A stretch of 45,781 bases of DNA from Methanosarcinaceae archaeon (GCA_019429165.1 JAHYJJ010000001.1:1-45781), one strand, 5' to 3'. Shown: positions 26,259 to 34,601, counted from the stretch's first letter. A program made the numbers and translations. Notes: a model not told the origin generated them from the letters alone.

Positions 26259-27233
26259 TTAAATCGCCCTCATTTGACTTCCTAAACTTGCAAAATCTAT
26301 CTTGCCAGACTTAGCCATGTCTTGTAAACTCTTTCTAACATCTGTAATCTTGTTAGTCTTTTTAATCTCAGCCGGTCTTGATGTCATTATTGTTTTTGTG
26401 ACCATTGACTTTTTAAGGTCTGAAATTTCTTTTTTCATAACATCCATTTCAGTTGCTAGTTTTGTGACATCATCATCTGGTTTGTCTTCCTCAGTTGCAT
26501 CGTCTGCCTTTTCTTCTTCCTCAGCGGATGTTTCCACATCTTCGGCTTCTGGGTCTTCGGCTTTCTCTGTCTCAACCACATCCTCGACTGGTGTGTCACC
26601 CTCTGGAGCCCCAGACAACTTTCCCTCAAGCATTGTAATCTTATCAATGATTGAAGTAATCATGTTCTCTAGAGCGGATATTTTAGATTCAACATCTACA
26701 ATTGGTTTGTCTTCCATCATAGGTGTTTCGTCCGCCTTAACTACATTCTTTTTTGCCATAACATTAACCTCGGTAAAGGTTGCTTCTTGATTACCTGTGT
26801 GGTCTACCAGACTGAACTCGTAACCTATCAGGTCTCTCAAATAAGTACCTTCTTTTGTTTTTTCTCTGTTAAATGATTTACCACCTATTGATAAACCCTC
26901 AAATTCTCCTTTCTTGATACCTTCCCAGACCGTGTCATCTTCCGTATAATGTTTGTATATTATACCTGTAATGAGTACCCCTTTTCTACCGTTCTTTTCT
27001 GATCGTTGCCAGTTTAAACCTTTGCCGACATTACGATTTGTGTGCATGAACTGTATAGGCGCTCCTCTATCCATCCAGATATCCATTATTTTATATATTT
27101 CTTCGGCTGGTATAATCTCGTCAGCTCTGTCCAATACCTCAACCGACCCCCAACATTCAAATTTACGCATTTCGTTATCGTTGATTTGGTTGAAACCAAA
27201 GGACTTTAAAAGTATTTTTTCGTCTGCTACCAT
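26259..27233 (-). CDS. Prohead protease fused to an acidic coiled-coil scaffold region (unit A)
   Basis: N-terminal HK97-protease-like segment (ECWGSVEVLDRADEIIPAEEI...QFMHTNRNVGKG). C-terminal Glu/Asp-rich coiled coil. The ATG at 27233 lies 1 nt after the upstream TGA. Confidence 0.7.
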   Translation of the reverse strand: MVADEKILLKSFGFNQINDNEMRKFECWGSVEVLDRADEIIPAEEIYKIMDIWMDRGAPIQFMHTNRNVGKGLNWQRSEKNGRKGVLITGIIYKHYTEDDTVWEGIKKGEFEGLSIGGKSFNREKTKEGTYLRDLIGYEFSLVDHTGNQEATFTEVNVMAKKNVVKADETPMMEDKPIVDVESKISALENMITSIIDKITMLEGKLSGAPEGDTPVEDVVETEKAEDPEAEDVETSAEEEEKADDATEEDKPDDDVTKLATEMDVMKKEISDLKKSMVTKTIMTSRPAEIKKTNKITDVRKSLQDMAKSGKIDFASLGSQMRAI

Positions 27234-27234
27234 A

Positions 27235-27654
27235 TCAAATCGCCATAATTTTATTTCTAACCATTTCAACTGCAGGACTTAAAAAAGGTCGTGGTTCTTG
27301 CCCGTTCTTTTTAATGTTCTTTACAATGAAATAAGCTACAGTATTTATGTTTTTTTCTCCTTTTACAAAACCTTTTCTTCTTAGCCAAGCTTTTATGGTT
27401 TCAATAGGAACGTCATCGCCCGGCAACCTCCCAAATTCAATAGTGTCGGCATAAGGCACGGGGTAAACTATGGATTTTTCAAGAAATCCTCTGTTGATGT
27501 TACCGCTCTTAAGCAGAGTCCCCTCGTCAACTATACGTTTACTAATTATAATTTCCTGAGAATTAGCAAATATTTCATCCACAATCTCGTCTAGTTTTTT
27601 ATCTATGAAAGTTAACATTTCTTTATCATTGATGTTAATAGAAAAATCTACCAT
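27235..27654 (-). CDS. HK97 gp10-like protein
   Basis: Pattern SQEIIISKRIVDEGTLLKSGN...VPYADTIEFG...PRPFLSPA matches the conserved outline of the gp10 family. Preceded by late motif copy 3. Confidence 0.5.
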   Translation of the reverse strand: MVDFSININDKEMLTFIDKKLDEIVDEIFANSQEIIISKRIVDEGTLLKSGNINRGFLEKSIVYPVPYADTIEFGRLPGDDVPIETIKAWLRRKGFVKGEKNINTVAYFIVKNIKKNGQEPRPFLSPAVEMVRNKIMAI

Positions 27655-27676
27655 ACACTAACCAGTGATGTCTGGA

Positions 27677-27691
27677 CTTATATATGTAACT
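27677..27691 (-). promoter_or_regulatory. Conserved late motif, copy 3; 30 nt from TATATAAG to the ATG at 27654
   Basis: Exact cttatatatgtaact. As in copy 1, the upstream gene's TAG stop is embedded in the motif. Confidence 0.45.
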
Positions 27692-28016
27692 ATTTGAAAT
27701 ATATGGCAATGTCTTGAATCTTCTCGCCGTCACCCATACCGGAAACCACAATAAACAATGACCCCATAACGTAATAATTGTCTATATGCGTCTGCTCCTG
27801 TGACACAGAAACGATGTTCTTGGGATAAAACCGTGTGACCACACCAGTTAAGTAATCGTCACATAAAACCTCGCCGTCCATAGATGTGATGGTTATCTTG
27901 ACATTAGGCAATGCAACCCCAGAAAACACCACAACCTTGACAACCTCGCCATTAATGTTGTCTAGGTCTCCCTCTATATTCTCGCTAATCTCTCCAGTTG
28001 TATATACATTTGTCAT
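27690..28016 (-). CDS. Hypothetical protein
   Basis: 108-aa ORF. No motif. Confidence 0.5.
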   Translation of the reverse strand: MTNVYTTGEISENIEGDLDNINGEVVKVVVFSGVALPNVKITITSMDGEVLCDDYLTGVVTRFYPKNIVSVSQEQTHIDNYYVMGSLFIVVSGMGDGEKIQDIAIYFK

Positions 28017-28022
28017 ATAATA

Positions 28023-29876
28023 TCACCTATTTATATTTACTCTCTTGCTCATACTTGCATCTTTAACTTTTTGAAGTGTTATTGTCCAGTCTACTCTATC
28101 TTCAATATTCATCGTAGTCTTATATGTTTTATATCCAGACTTCTTAATCTCCAAAGTAAAAGGATTGTAATCTACATATGTCGAATATCCATTTGAAACT
28201 AAGGTTATCGGTGTTAAATCTGCAAATTGAATATATGGGATTATTATGTATCTACTAGCAGGGGCAACGTGTGTAACCGCTACTTCAAAATGAGGAGCAA
28301 CATATATTTCGGTTGCATTGTTGCCCTTATAAATATTTCTTCGTTGTCCAATTCCTTGATTTGCAGTTATAAATACCTCCTTATTGTGCCATTGACTTGT
28401 AGACCAATTTTTGCTCAAGTCTTTTACCTTATCCAAATAACCGTTAGTTACGGTTCCATATTCTTCGGTGGGATAACCATCTTCAGTTGTATCTTGTTGG
28501 AAAACTATTGTATCATTTTTATTTTTTACAGTCACAGTAGCTCCCTCAATCCCGTTATTTTTTTCATCTATTACTTTTAACAATAACGAAAACCATAATT
28601 TTACGTGGATGTCGGTAGCGTTTGGTACGGTCCAATAAGCCCGTCTCTCTTTCAATATATTTTTATTGTAAATACAATCAATGTGATTTTCTACCCAACC
28701 ATTAACCGTTATCGCATACGGATTACTCATATAATTGCTACATTTTGAATAATTGTTGTTGTGGAAATAATTATTGAAATTGTCAGGATACACAGCAGAC
28801 ATCCCCCTGACAGCTAGCGCCCCAAAAAATGTACAACCCGCAATGATTGCACCACCCGATTCTGTGTGTGCAAATGCGATTTTACAACCAATTACAGCAT
28901 TCTGTGGTGCTGTAAACCACGTATTTCTGAAATTGTCAAAAAAGACGTCATATATTTTTTGCCCGTTTAACTGTCCTATACCACCGCCCCAATGCCCGTG
29001 AAATATTGACGAGCCGGTCATATGCACGTGTTTTATTTGCGTATTAAAAAGATTACTGTTTCCCCCGATAATTAAAGTCTTTGGTAATGAAGAATTATAA
29101 ACATTGAAAATATATATACTCCCCGCATACACTTTGTCACCCATATATTGTAATCCGGATAATGTTACAGCTGATGACGAACTGTGTATATCATTGTTTT
29201 TTAAAAATTGTATTGTTTCGTTTTGTGTGCTGAAATAATTGTTGGCATTAAAAGTCAATCCACAACCAACACTGTAACATCTTTCATTTTTTGATATTAC
29301 GCCCCAACCACCTGTCACACTTGCGTTATATATATCATCCATTGTGCAAGGTGCATCTACCGTGAAACCATCAACAACAATATTATTTACATTTGCATAT
29401 AATATACCGGTTTGTTTTCCACCTTCGGTTAATGTTGTCATTGATACAATTCTACACCTAACGAACCATTCGTACCATCTTGTAGTGCTATTTGGGTTAA
29501 AAAAATTCTCCCAATCCTCTGGCATATCCCAGCGGATAGTATTAACACCGATAGTAGTAAATCCGTTTGTATTATCTACCACACCTGTTAATGCGTGCCA
29601 GGTTGGATTATAATACCCAGTTCCTCGTTTGGCATATTCCCAAACAAGAACAACACCAGTACCAATTAAAGCAGTCCCAACATTGAAATTAAGACCAGAA
29701 TATTTCCCGCTAATATTAGATAGGGATATGACTAAACAGTCGCCAACTTGTGCAGTATCAGGAAAGAAATCAATATTCAGGTAACCTAAATTTAAACTAT
29801 AACTATCTACACTCAAATCATAAAAAAAGCTTGCTGTTATTCTGTTCGCGTATTCGTATGTTATTGTCCCTACCAT
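28023..29876 (-). CDS. Large structural protein, spike-like, with a carboxypeptidase-regulatory-like C-terminal region
   Basis: 617 aa. Central Asn/Gly-rich repetitive region compatible with a beta-helix. C-terminal LLLKVIDEKNNGIEGATVTVKNKNDTIVFQQDTTEDGY and FTLEIKKSGYKTYKTTMNIEDRVDWTITL resemble CarboxypepD_reg-type domains. Confidence 0.45.
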   Translation of the reverse strand: MVGTITYEYANRITASFFYDLSVDSYSLNLGYLNIDFFPDTAQVGDCLVISLSNISGKYSGLNFNVGTALIGTGVVLVWEYAKRGTGYYNPTWHALTGVVDNTNGFTTIGVNTIRWDMPEDWENFFNPNSTTRWYEWFVRCRIVSMTTLTEGGKQTGILYANVNNIVVDGFTVDAPCTMDDIYNASVTGGWGVISKNERCYSVGCGLTFNANNYFSTQNETIQFLKNNDIHSSSSAVTLSGLQYMGDKVYAGSIYIFNVYNSSLPKTLIIGGNSNLFNTQIKHVHMTGSSIFHGHWGGGIGQLNGQKIYDVFFDNFRNTWFTAPQNAVIGCKIAFAHTESGGAIIAGCTFFGALAVRGMSAVYPDNFNNYFHNNNYSKCSNYMSNPYAITVNGWVENHIDCIYNKNILKERRAYWTVPNATDIHVKLWFSLLLKVIDEKNNGIEGATVTVKNKNDTIVFQQDTTEDGYPTEEYGTVTNGYLDKVKDLSKNWSTSQWHNKEVFITANQGIGQRRNIYKGNNATEIYVAPHFEVAVTHVAPASRYIIIPYIQFADLTPITLVSNGYSTYVDYNPFTLEIKKSGYKTYKTTMNIEDRVDWTITLQKVKDASMSKRVNINR

Positions 29877-30118
29877 AATAACTCACCTAGCAAAAAAATT
29901 ATTTCGTCTTTTTGTTGTTTTAATTGTATCTGCCTACCTATTTTTGAATCATTTAAAACCATTATTTCATCTGGTTCTTGATTCACAACAGCCAACTGAT
30001 TATTTAATTCTGTTAGTTGTTCATTAAGTTCATCAATAGACACAACATTAATTGGGTCTGGGTTCGCACTTTTTGCATATACTCCACCGTTATCATCACT
30101 AATCTTTATCCAAACCAT
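29870..30118 (-). CDS. Hypothetical acidic protein
   Basis: 82-aa ORF overlapping the start of the 617-aa gene by 7 nt. Confidence 0.45.
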   Translation of the reverse strand: MVWIKISDDNGGVYAKSANPDPINVVSIDELNEQLTELNNQLAVVNQEPDEIMVLNDSKIGRQIQLKQQKDEIIFLLGELLW

Positions 30119-30124
30119 ATGGCA

Positions 30125-30283
30125 TCAATCTACATACTTATAACATTTTCCGTTGTACAAAAACATATCATAATCATCTACATATACAGGATTTTCTGTT
30201 TTCTTAATCATAAAATTTATATCTGTAGAAGTTAGATATGACTCGCTTCTATAATAATTCTTAAATTCTGTTAATACACTCAT
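30125..30283 (-). CDS. Small hypothetical protein (52 aa)
   Basis: My own translation: MSVLTEFKNYYRSESYLTSTDINFMIKKTENPVYVDDYDMFLYNGKCYKYVD. Below the track cut-off. Confidence 0.3.
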   Translation of the reverse strand: MSVLTEFKNYYRSESYLTSTDINFMIKKTENPVYVDDYDMFLYNGKCYKYVD

Positions 30284-30287
30284 AACA

Positions 30288-30407
30288 TCACTTCAACTTT
30301 TTAATTAAACTATCCTTCATTTTGATGTCTATAATATCATAAGACCACAAAATATTAACTGCTTTAATAACATTGTAATCCTTTTGTATTTTGTCTGTAA
30401 TCTTCAC
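30288..30407 (-). CDS. Small hypothetical protein (39 aa, GTG start)
   Basis: My own translation: VKITDKIQKDYNVIKAVNILWSYDIIDIKMKDSLIKKLK. Starts 1 nt after the fibre stop. Confidence 0.25.
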   Translation of the reverse strand: MKITDKIQKDYNVIKAVNILWSYDIIDIKMKDSLIKKLK

Positions 30408-30408
30408 G

Positions 30409-31230
30409 TTACTTCATCTCCAACGCATTTATAATTTTTCCAGACGTTCCACACACCGCATATAAACCACTCTCGCAATCTATGGCATCTTTACCACCCG
30501 CTGGGATTAATATCCCTGTTGTTGTGGTTACATTACTTGCACCATAAAACACGTCTGTGTCGCTCACATTATAGATTATAATTGTTCTACGACCAACTTG
30601 TTCAATTGTCGGAATTAAATAAGCAATGTTTAGTGTTGTTAAGGTTACTGCTGTTGTAACCATTGTTGCCAAAGCATTTGTATTGGTTATAAGTGTATCT
30701 TGTTTCGCAGATGTTGCTTTCCCAGTAGTATCACAAGCAGTTATCTTTCCATCAATACTTGTAGTATCACCAGCAATTGTTGATAATGATGTGTTAGATG
30801 TGTCTTGTTTTTCTTCTGTTGATGCATTAGTTGGTAAATCAACTTTAAACTTATTACTTAGATAATTAAATGTTCTTTGGAATATATCTTCGTGTCTAGA
30901 ACTAATTGTAAAATCATCTGTTATGGGTTCAACAGTTAAATCTTGTGCTGAATAACCAGTAGTAGTATTAACAGTAACAGTAGCGTTCTTATATTTCTTA
31001 ACACTATCTCCAAGTATATAAGCTTCAATTAATATTGGGTCTCCGTTCCGATAACCTTTATAATTTGCTAAATCTATTACATATTCACCGTTAGTGTCCG
31101 TAGATGTAGAACGAGTTTCATTTAAACGTTTATTTGTAACACGGATTGTTGCAGATGCAAGTACAAAAGTACCATCTACATCGTAAATTGTTCCAGAAAT
31201 TGTGTATGGTGTAGCGACCAATATAGTCAC
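30409..31230 (-). CDS. Fibre-like protein of unit B (carboxypeptidase-regulatory-like N-domain, shared C-domain)
   Basis: N-terminus ISGTIYDVDGTFVLASATIRVTNKRLNETRSTSTDTNGEYVIDL is a CarboxypepD_reg-like pattern. The C-terminal ~115 aa are shared with the product of 1-1000. Confidence 0.6.
   Translation of the reverse strand: MTILVATPYTISGTIYDVDGTFVLASATIRVTNKRLNETRSTSTDTNGEYVIDLANYKGYRNGDPILIEAYILGDSVKKYKNATVTVNTTTGYSAQDLTVEPITDDFTISSRHEDIFQRTFNYLSNKFKVDLPTNASTEEKQDTSNTSLSTIAGDTTSIDGKITACDTTGKATSAKQDTLITNTNALATMVTTAVTLTTLNIAYLIPTIEQVGRRTIIIYNVSDTDVFYGASNVTTTTGILIPAGGKDAIDCESGLYAVCGTSGKIINALEMK
30501..30761. repeat. Direct repeat, copy 2 (partner 1-261)
   Basis: See copy 1. Confidence 0.95.
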
Positions 31231-31231
31231 C

Positions 31232-31765
31232 TCATACGTCTGCTTGGATTAATGCTCGCATTGTATTTGCAGAAGGCACAATACATAAACCTTGAACCTT
31301 TATAGGAATTACAAAATTAAAAGGTACTGAACTTGAAGCAACAACCCTAATATCCATAATCTCTAAATCATTAGTTCTATCATAAAATTTCATGTATCCT
31401 ACAGCAGCAGCTGCATTTGTTACAATACCAGATAAGAGTTTCGTATCAAAATAAGCATGACTTGGACCAAACATTAAATATAAATTTTTAGTTTCTGAAC
31501 CACCAACAGTATCAGAAGCACTTGTTGTTGTACGATAATCTATTGACTCGTTACCAAAATAAGCCGATATAAATATTACATCACCAGAATTATAACCAGA
31601 TGATAGGTTAGCTAAATCTAATGAATATTCGCCAGAGGAATTTGTTGTTACGGTTACAGTCTCAGTAGTTCTTTGATTATATGCGATAACAGTAGCTGAA
31701 GCTTTTACTGTACTAGTATCAATTTCATATACTACTCCAGATATAGGGTATGGACTTGCTGGCAT
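31232..31765 (-). CDS. Carboxypeptidase-regulatory-like domain protein
   Basis: ISGVVYEIDTSTVKASATVIAYNQRTTETVTVTTNSSGEYSLDL parallels the N-terminus of 30409-31230. Confidence 0.5.
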   Translation of the reverse strand: MPASPYPISGVVYEIDTSTVKASATVIAYNQRTTETVTVTTNSSGEYSLDLANLSSGYNSGDVIFISAYFGNESIDYRTTTSASDTVGGSETKNLYLMFGPSHAYFDTKLLSGIVTNAAAAVGYMKFYDRTNDLEIMDIRVVASSSVPFNFVIPIKVQGLCIVPSANTMRALIQADV

Positions 31766-31769
31766 AAAA

Positions 31770-32480
31770 TCACTTTAATTGGTATTCTTTGCTAATTACA
31801 TATTTATCATTAACATATACTGGAATAATCTCACCATAACCGTGTGTAATAGGAGACCTATGTACTCTATATATGGAATGTAAATAATCACGACCATAAT
31901 GTCTATGACTTTTTACACTAAATTTAAGTTTACCGTCTTTATCTTTATAAATACTAAGACCGATACCAGTTCCTACTAATAGACCTAATACCATTTCTAT
32001 GATACTATCTAATATTCCTTTATCTGGTAATTCTGTATCTTCACAGATTACTTTTTCTTCACATACTATTGGTTTAGGACAAGTTGTATCTTTACATTCT
32101 GTAACTGGACAGTTTTGTGTTGGACATTCACCAGTCATATCTACCTTAGTTATAGGTATTAGACCACCATTAAATGTTATTTTAGTTGTAACTTCGCCAA
32201 CTATAATTTCAAATCTATCGCCTTCAACAGCTTTTAATACTGTGTTAGACCAATCAATTAGATATTCACCGTTACCATTAGTTGTTCCAATGACTCGTTC
32301 ATTAGTTCTTACGTTAGTAATAACTACATTTAAATTTGATACTGGAACACTGTAAGCTGAGACTTTTACAACGATAGGCATTGGATTAAATACTGCTAAA
32401 GCTGGTGCTGTAAATAATGAAAATATCATTATTAATGTTATAAATTTAAGACCTAGCGATACCCATTGTTGTCGTTCCAT
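31770..32480 (-). CDS. Type I membrane protein: signal peptide, carboxypeptidase-regulatory-like domain, Cys-rich linker, TM anchor
   Basis: LKFITLIMIFSLFTAPALA (signal-like). NLNVVITNVRTNERVIGTTNGNGEYLID. Cys-rich segment CPTQNCPVTECKDTTCPKPIVCEEKVICE. TM helix IIEMVLGLLVGTGIGLSIY. Basic tail. Confidence 0.55.
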   Translation of the reverse strand: MERQQWVSLGLKFITLIMIFSLFTAPALAVFNPMPIVVKVSAYSVPVSNLNVVITNVRTNERVIGTTNGNGEYLIDWSNTVLKAVEGDRFEIIVGEVTTKITFNGGLIPITKVDMTGECPTQNCPVTECKDTTCPKPIVCEEKVICEDTELPDKGILDSIIEMVLGLLVGTGIGLSIYKDKDGKLKFSVKSHRHYGRDYLHSIYRVHRSPITHGYGEIIPVYVNDKYVISKEYQLK

Positions 32481-33621
32481 TTACGTTCACCCATACTCCA
32501 TATCCTTTTGGTACTTCTTTTGCACTATTAATTGATAACGCACAAGGGTGTGATATATATCTACTACCACTTGAAGCACTCATATCAACAAAAGTTGCAT
32601 AACTCATTGTTACTGTTGCATTATCTAAAGTCATACCACATATCTGTCCTAGAGTATTTGTAGTTGAATTTTGTAATGCTATCTGATTCCAACCAGATAT
32701 AATTGTTATATTTTTAGTAGGTACATCTGGAATCCAATTTCGTAATAGACTTGCAGTTGCATTTGAATATACATAAACAGCATCACCGTCTGTGACTGCT
32801 GTTGCATTATTAGTAATTGCACCTTCTATATATGTTGTATATGTATGTAATGCATTTGAATATATTGATGTTGAGGTTATTGTACCACTTAAATCAGCTA
32901 CACCTTTTAAAGTAGTAGTTTTATCTGCTAATATTAAATTCCAACCATCATAAATTATAGTTTTAGTCCAGTTAGTTGAATTTACCTCAACAGCTGTGTT
33001 TCCTAGTGAGTCATTTGTACCAACAACGATTTTGAATGTACCAGTCGTGTCAATATCAGCACCAGTTAAGTCAATGGAACATAGTTTACTTACTACAGAA
33101 CCACCCACAGTTGATACTAAAGTTGTAGTATCATCAAATATTTTAGCCCAACAAGCACTTACTATATTAGTTTCAGTAATTGTTGAGTTTACTCTTGCAG
33201 ACATTCCCGTAGCAGTTGAGTAATTATAAATAGTTAAAGCACCTATACTTGGCACAGTTGTATCTACGATTACAGTATGATATGTTGCTTGTGTACATGA
33301 ATGTTCTATATCACAAACCACACCAGTCCAGTTATAATAACCATCGGCTAGTACACCTGTATTAATTGTGAAAGCAACACCACTTGTTACATCGGTAGTA
33401 TTAGTAGTATTTATGCCCCATGTTCCAGAGAAATTACCCCAGATAGAAGCGTTAAGTAATGTTGTATTAGATACACCAGTAAAAGTCATTGCTGGTGTAG
33501 TATTAGTAGTATAATAAGGGTCGTCTGTTGGAGATGAAATAGTCATAGAACTAATAGTTCCTAATGCTACGGAACTGAATAATATGAATACCAAAAACAG
33601 TGCTATATATTTTTTTAACAT
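32446..33621 (-). CDS. Secreted Thr/Asn-rich protein with a very high density of N-x-S/T sequons
   Basis: Signal peptide MLKKYIALFLVFILFSSVALG. More than a dozen N-x-S/T sequons, including NTT, NAS, NFS, NWT, NYS, NST, NDS, NAT, NIT and NGT. Confidence 0.55.
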   Translation of the reverse strand: MLKKYIALFLVFILFSSVALGTISSMTISSPTDDPYYTTNTTPAMTFTGVSNTTLLNASIWGNFSGTWGINTTNTTDVTSGVAFTINTGVLADGYYNWTGVVCDIEHSCTQATYHTVIVDTTVPSIGALTIYNYSTATGMSARVNSTITETNIVSACWAKIFDDTTTLVSTVGGSVVSKLCSIDLTGADIDTTGTFKIVVGTNDSLGNTAVEVNSTNWTKTIIYDGWNLILADKTTTLKGVADLSGTITSTSIYSNALHTYTTYIEGAITNNATAVTDGDAVYVYSNATASLLRNWIPDVPTKNITIISGWNQIALQNSTTNTLGQICGMTLDNATVTMSYATFVDMSASSGSRYISHPCALSINSAKEVPKGYGVWVNVNGTTTMGIARS

Positions 33622-33652
33622 GTGACCAACCTATTATTTGTTAATACCCTTT

Positions 33653-34033
33653 TTATAAGTTCTTTAATTGTTTTAGTATATTGTCAGCTCGTTTATGTCC
33701 AATACCACTAATAGCAACTAAATCCTCTTTGTTTGCTTTAATTTTCATGTTAACGATTGTTTCATATTTAGTTGCTAAAATTCCGTCTAGTTCACTATCT
33801 ATGCCTTTTAAAACTGTAAAGTCCGATGTTATTTGTTCTGTAACTGGTAATTTGTATTTAGAAGAACTAACTAAACCATGATTTTCACCACGCCAAGCAT
33901 CTTTATCATCTATTTCAACGTCATTTCCAGATTCAACGTGAATCCATCTAAGTGAAGGCCTATTATATTTACCAACAGTTATAGGAATACCTACAGATAT
34001 CATTTTTTTAGTCGGGTTTACAAGTTTCATCAA
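33653..34033 (-). CDS. Helix-hairpin-helix protein
   Basis: C-terminal LVAISGIGHKRADNILKQL is a canonical HhH (GIG) motif. Confidence 0.5.
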   Translation of the reverse strand: MMKLVNPTKKMISVGIPITVGKYNRPSLRWIHVESGNDVEIDDKDAWRGENHGLVSSSKYKLPVTEQITSDFTVLKGIDSELDGILATKYETIVNMKIKANKEDLVAISGIGHKRADNILKQLKNL

Positions 34034-34047
34034 ATCGCCTTTATCAT

Positions 34048-34296
34048 TTAAATACTACCAAATATGATACATTCTATATCATCATTGTTAGTTCCAGTTA
34101 CTGTTATTGTTGTTCCACTTATTGTGTATGTTGCACCATTAATACCTCTAGCAACAATTATTGCAGAAAAAATTTCACTAAGACCATGTTCTACTGTTGT
34201 GATTGTTGAAGTTGTACCAGTTAGTTTAGCTTTTAATACAACCATTCCTAATACACCAGTTACTTCTTTTTTAACTATATTGTCAATTACTGCCAT
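34048..34296 (-). CDS. Small Gly/Thr-rich protein (possible capsid accessory)
   Basis: 82 aa, downstream of the MCP. Resembles 24451-24717 in size and composition. Confidence 0.45.
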   Translation of the reverse strand: MAVIDNIVKKEVTGVLGMVVLKAKLTGTTSTITTVEHGLSEIFSAIIVARGINGATYTISGTTITVTGTNNDDIECIIFGSI

Positions 34297-34338
34297 TTAG
34301 ATTACCTCATAAAATTGGTATTAGGGAATTAACCCTAT

Positions 34339-34584
34339 TTACCATTTACCAAATACTATAGCCATACCAGCACCAGTACCAACTGAAAAAGTTATCGTTT
34401 CAGCAGACTGAGATGCTGGGTCGTTTATACCAGCAGAAGTTTTTGAGATTATCATGTCAATCTCATTAAACTCGCCAGTTGCATCTAGAGTATCTCCAGC
34501 ATAAGCTTTAGTGTAACGGTATACCCACGCATACTCACTACCTAATTCCAATCTTTTTTTAGTTATACTTGTTACAGAAGTCAT
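34339..34584 (-). CDS. Small protein (possible capsid accessory)
   Basis: 81 aa, directly downstream of the MCP. Confidence 0.45.
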   Translation of the reverse strand: MTSVTSITKKRLELGSEYAWVYRYTKAYAGDTLDATGEFNEIDMIISKTSAGINDPASQSAETITFSVGTGAGMAIVFGKW

Positions 34585-34601
34585 TTAATATCACCTATAA
34601 T

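Larger units (their letters stand above)
1..30500 (-). mobile_element. Virus-like unit A; gene complement and order are complete and canonical if base 1 is joined to base 30500
   Basis: Contains TerS, TerL, portal, protease, MCP, connectors, tail module, small membrane proteins and a replication module, all on the minus strand. Bounded by the direct repeat 1-261 / 30501-30761. The reading frame of the truncated gene at 1-1000 continues in phase into 30500-30409. Confidence 0.55.

Noticed and set aside
25663-26790. Plus-strand ORFs 25663-26217 and 26302-26790
   Set aside because: They are antisense shadows of the MCP and protease-scaffold genes, and their Ser-rich low-complexity sequence mirrors the acidic scaffold. 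The same reasoning applies to 35954-36511, 22495-22857, 3254-3622, 1265-1726, 9804-10187 and the other plus-strand ORFs inside 1-40685.
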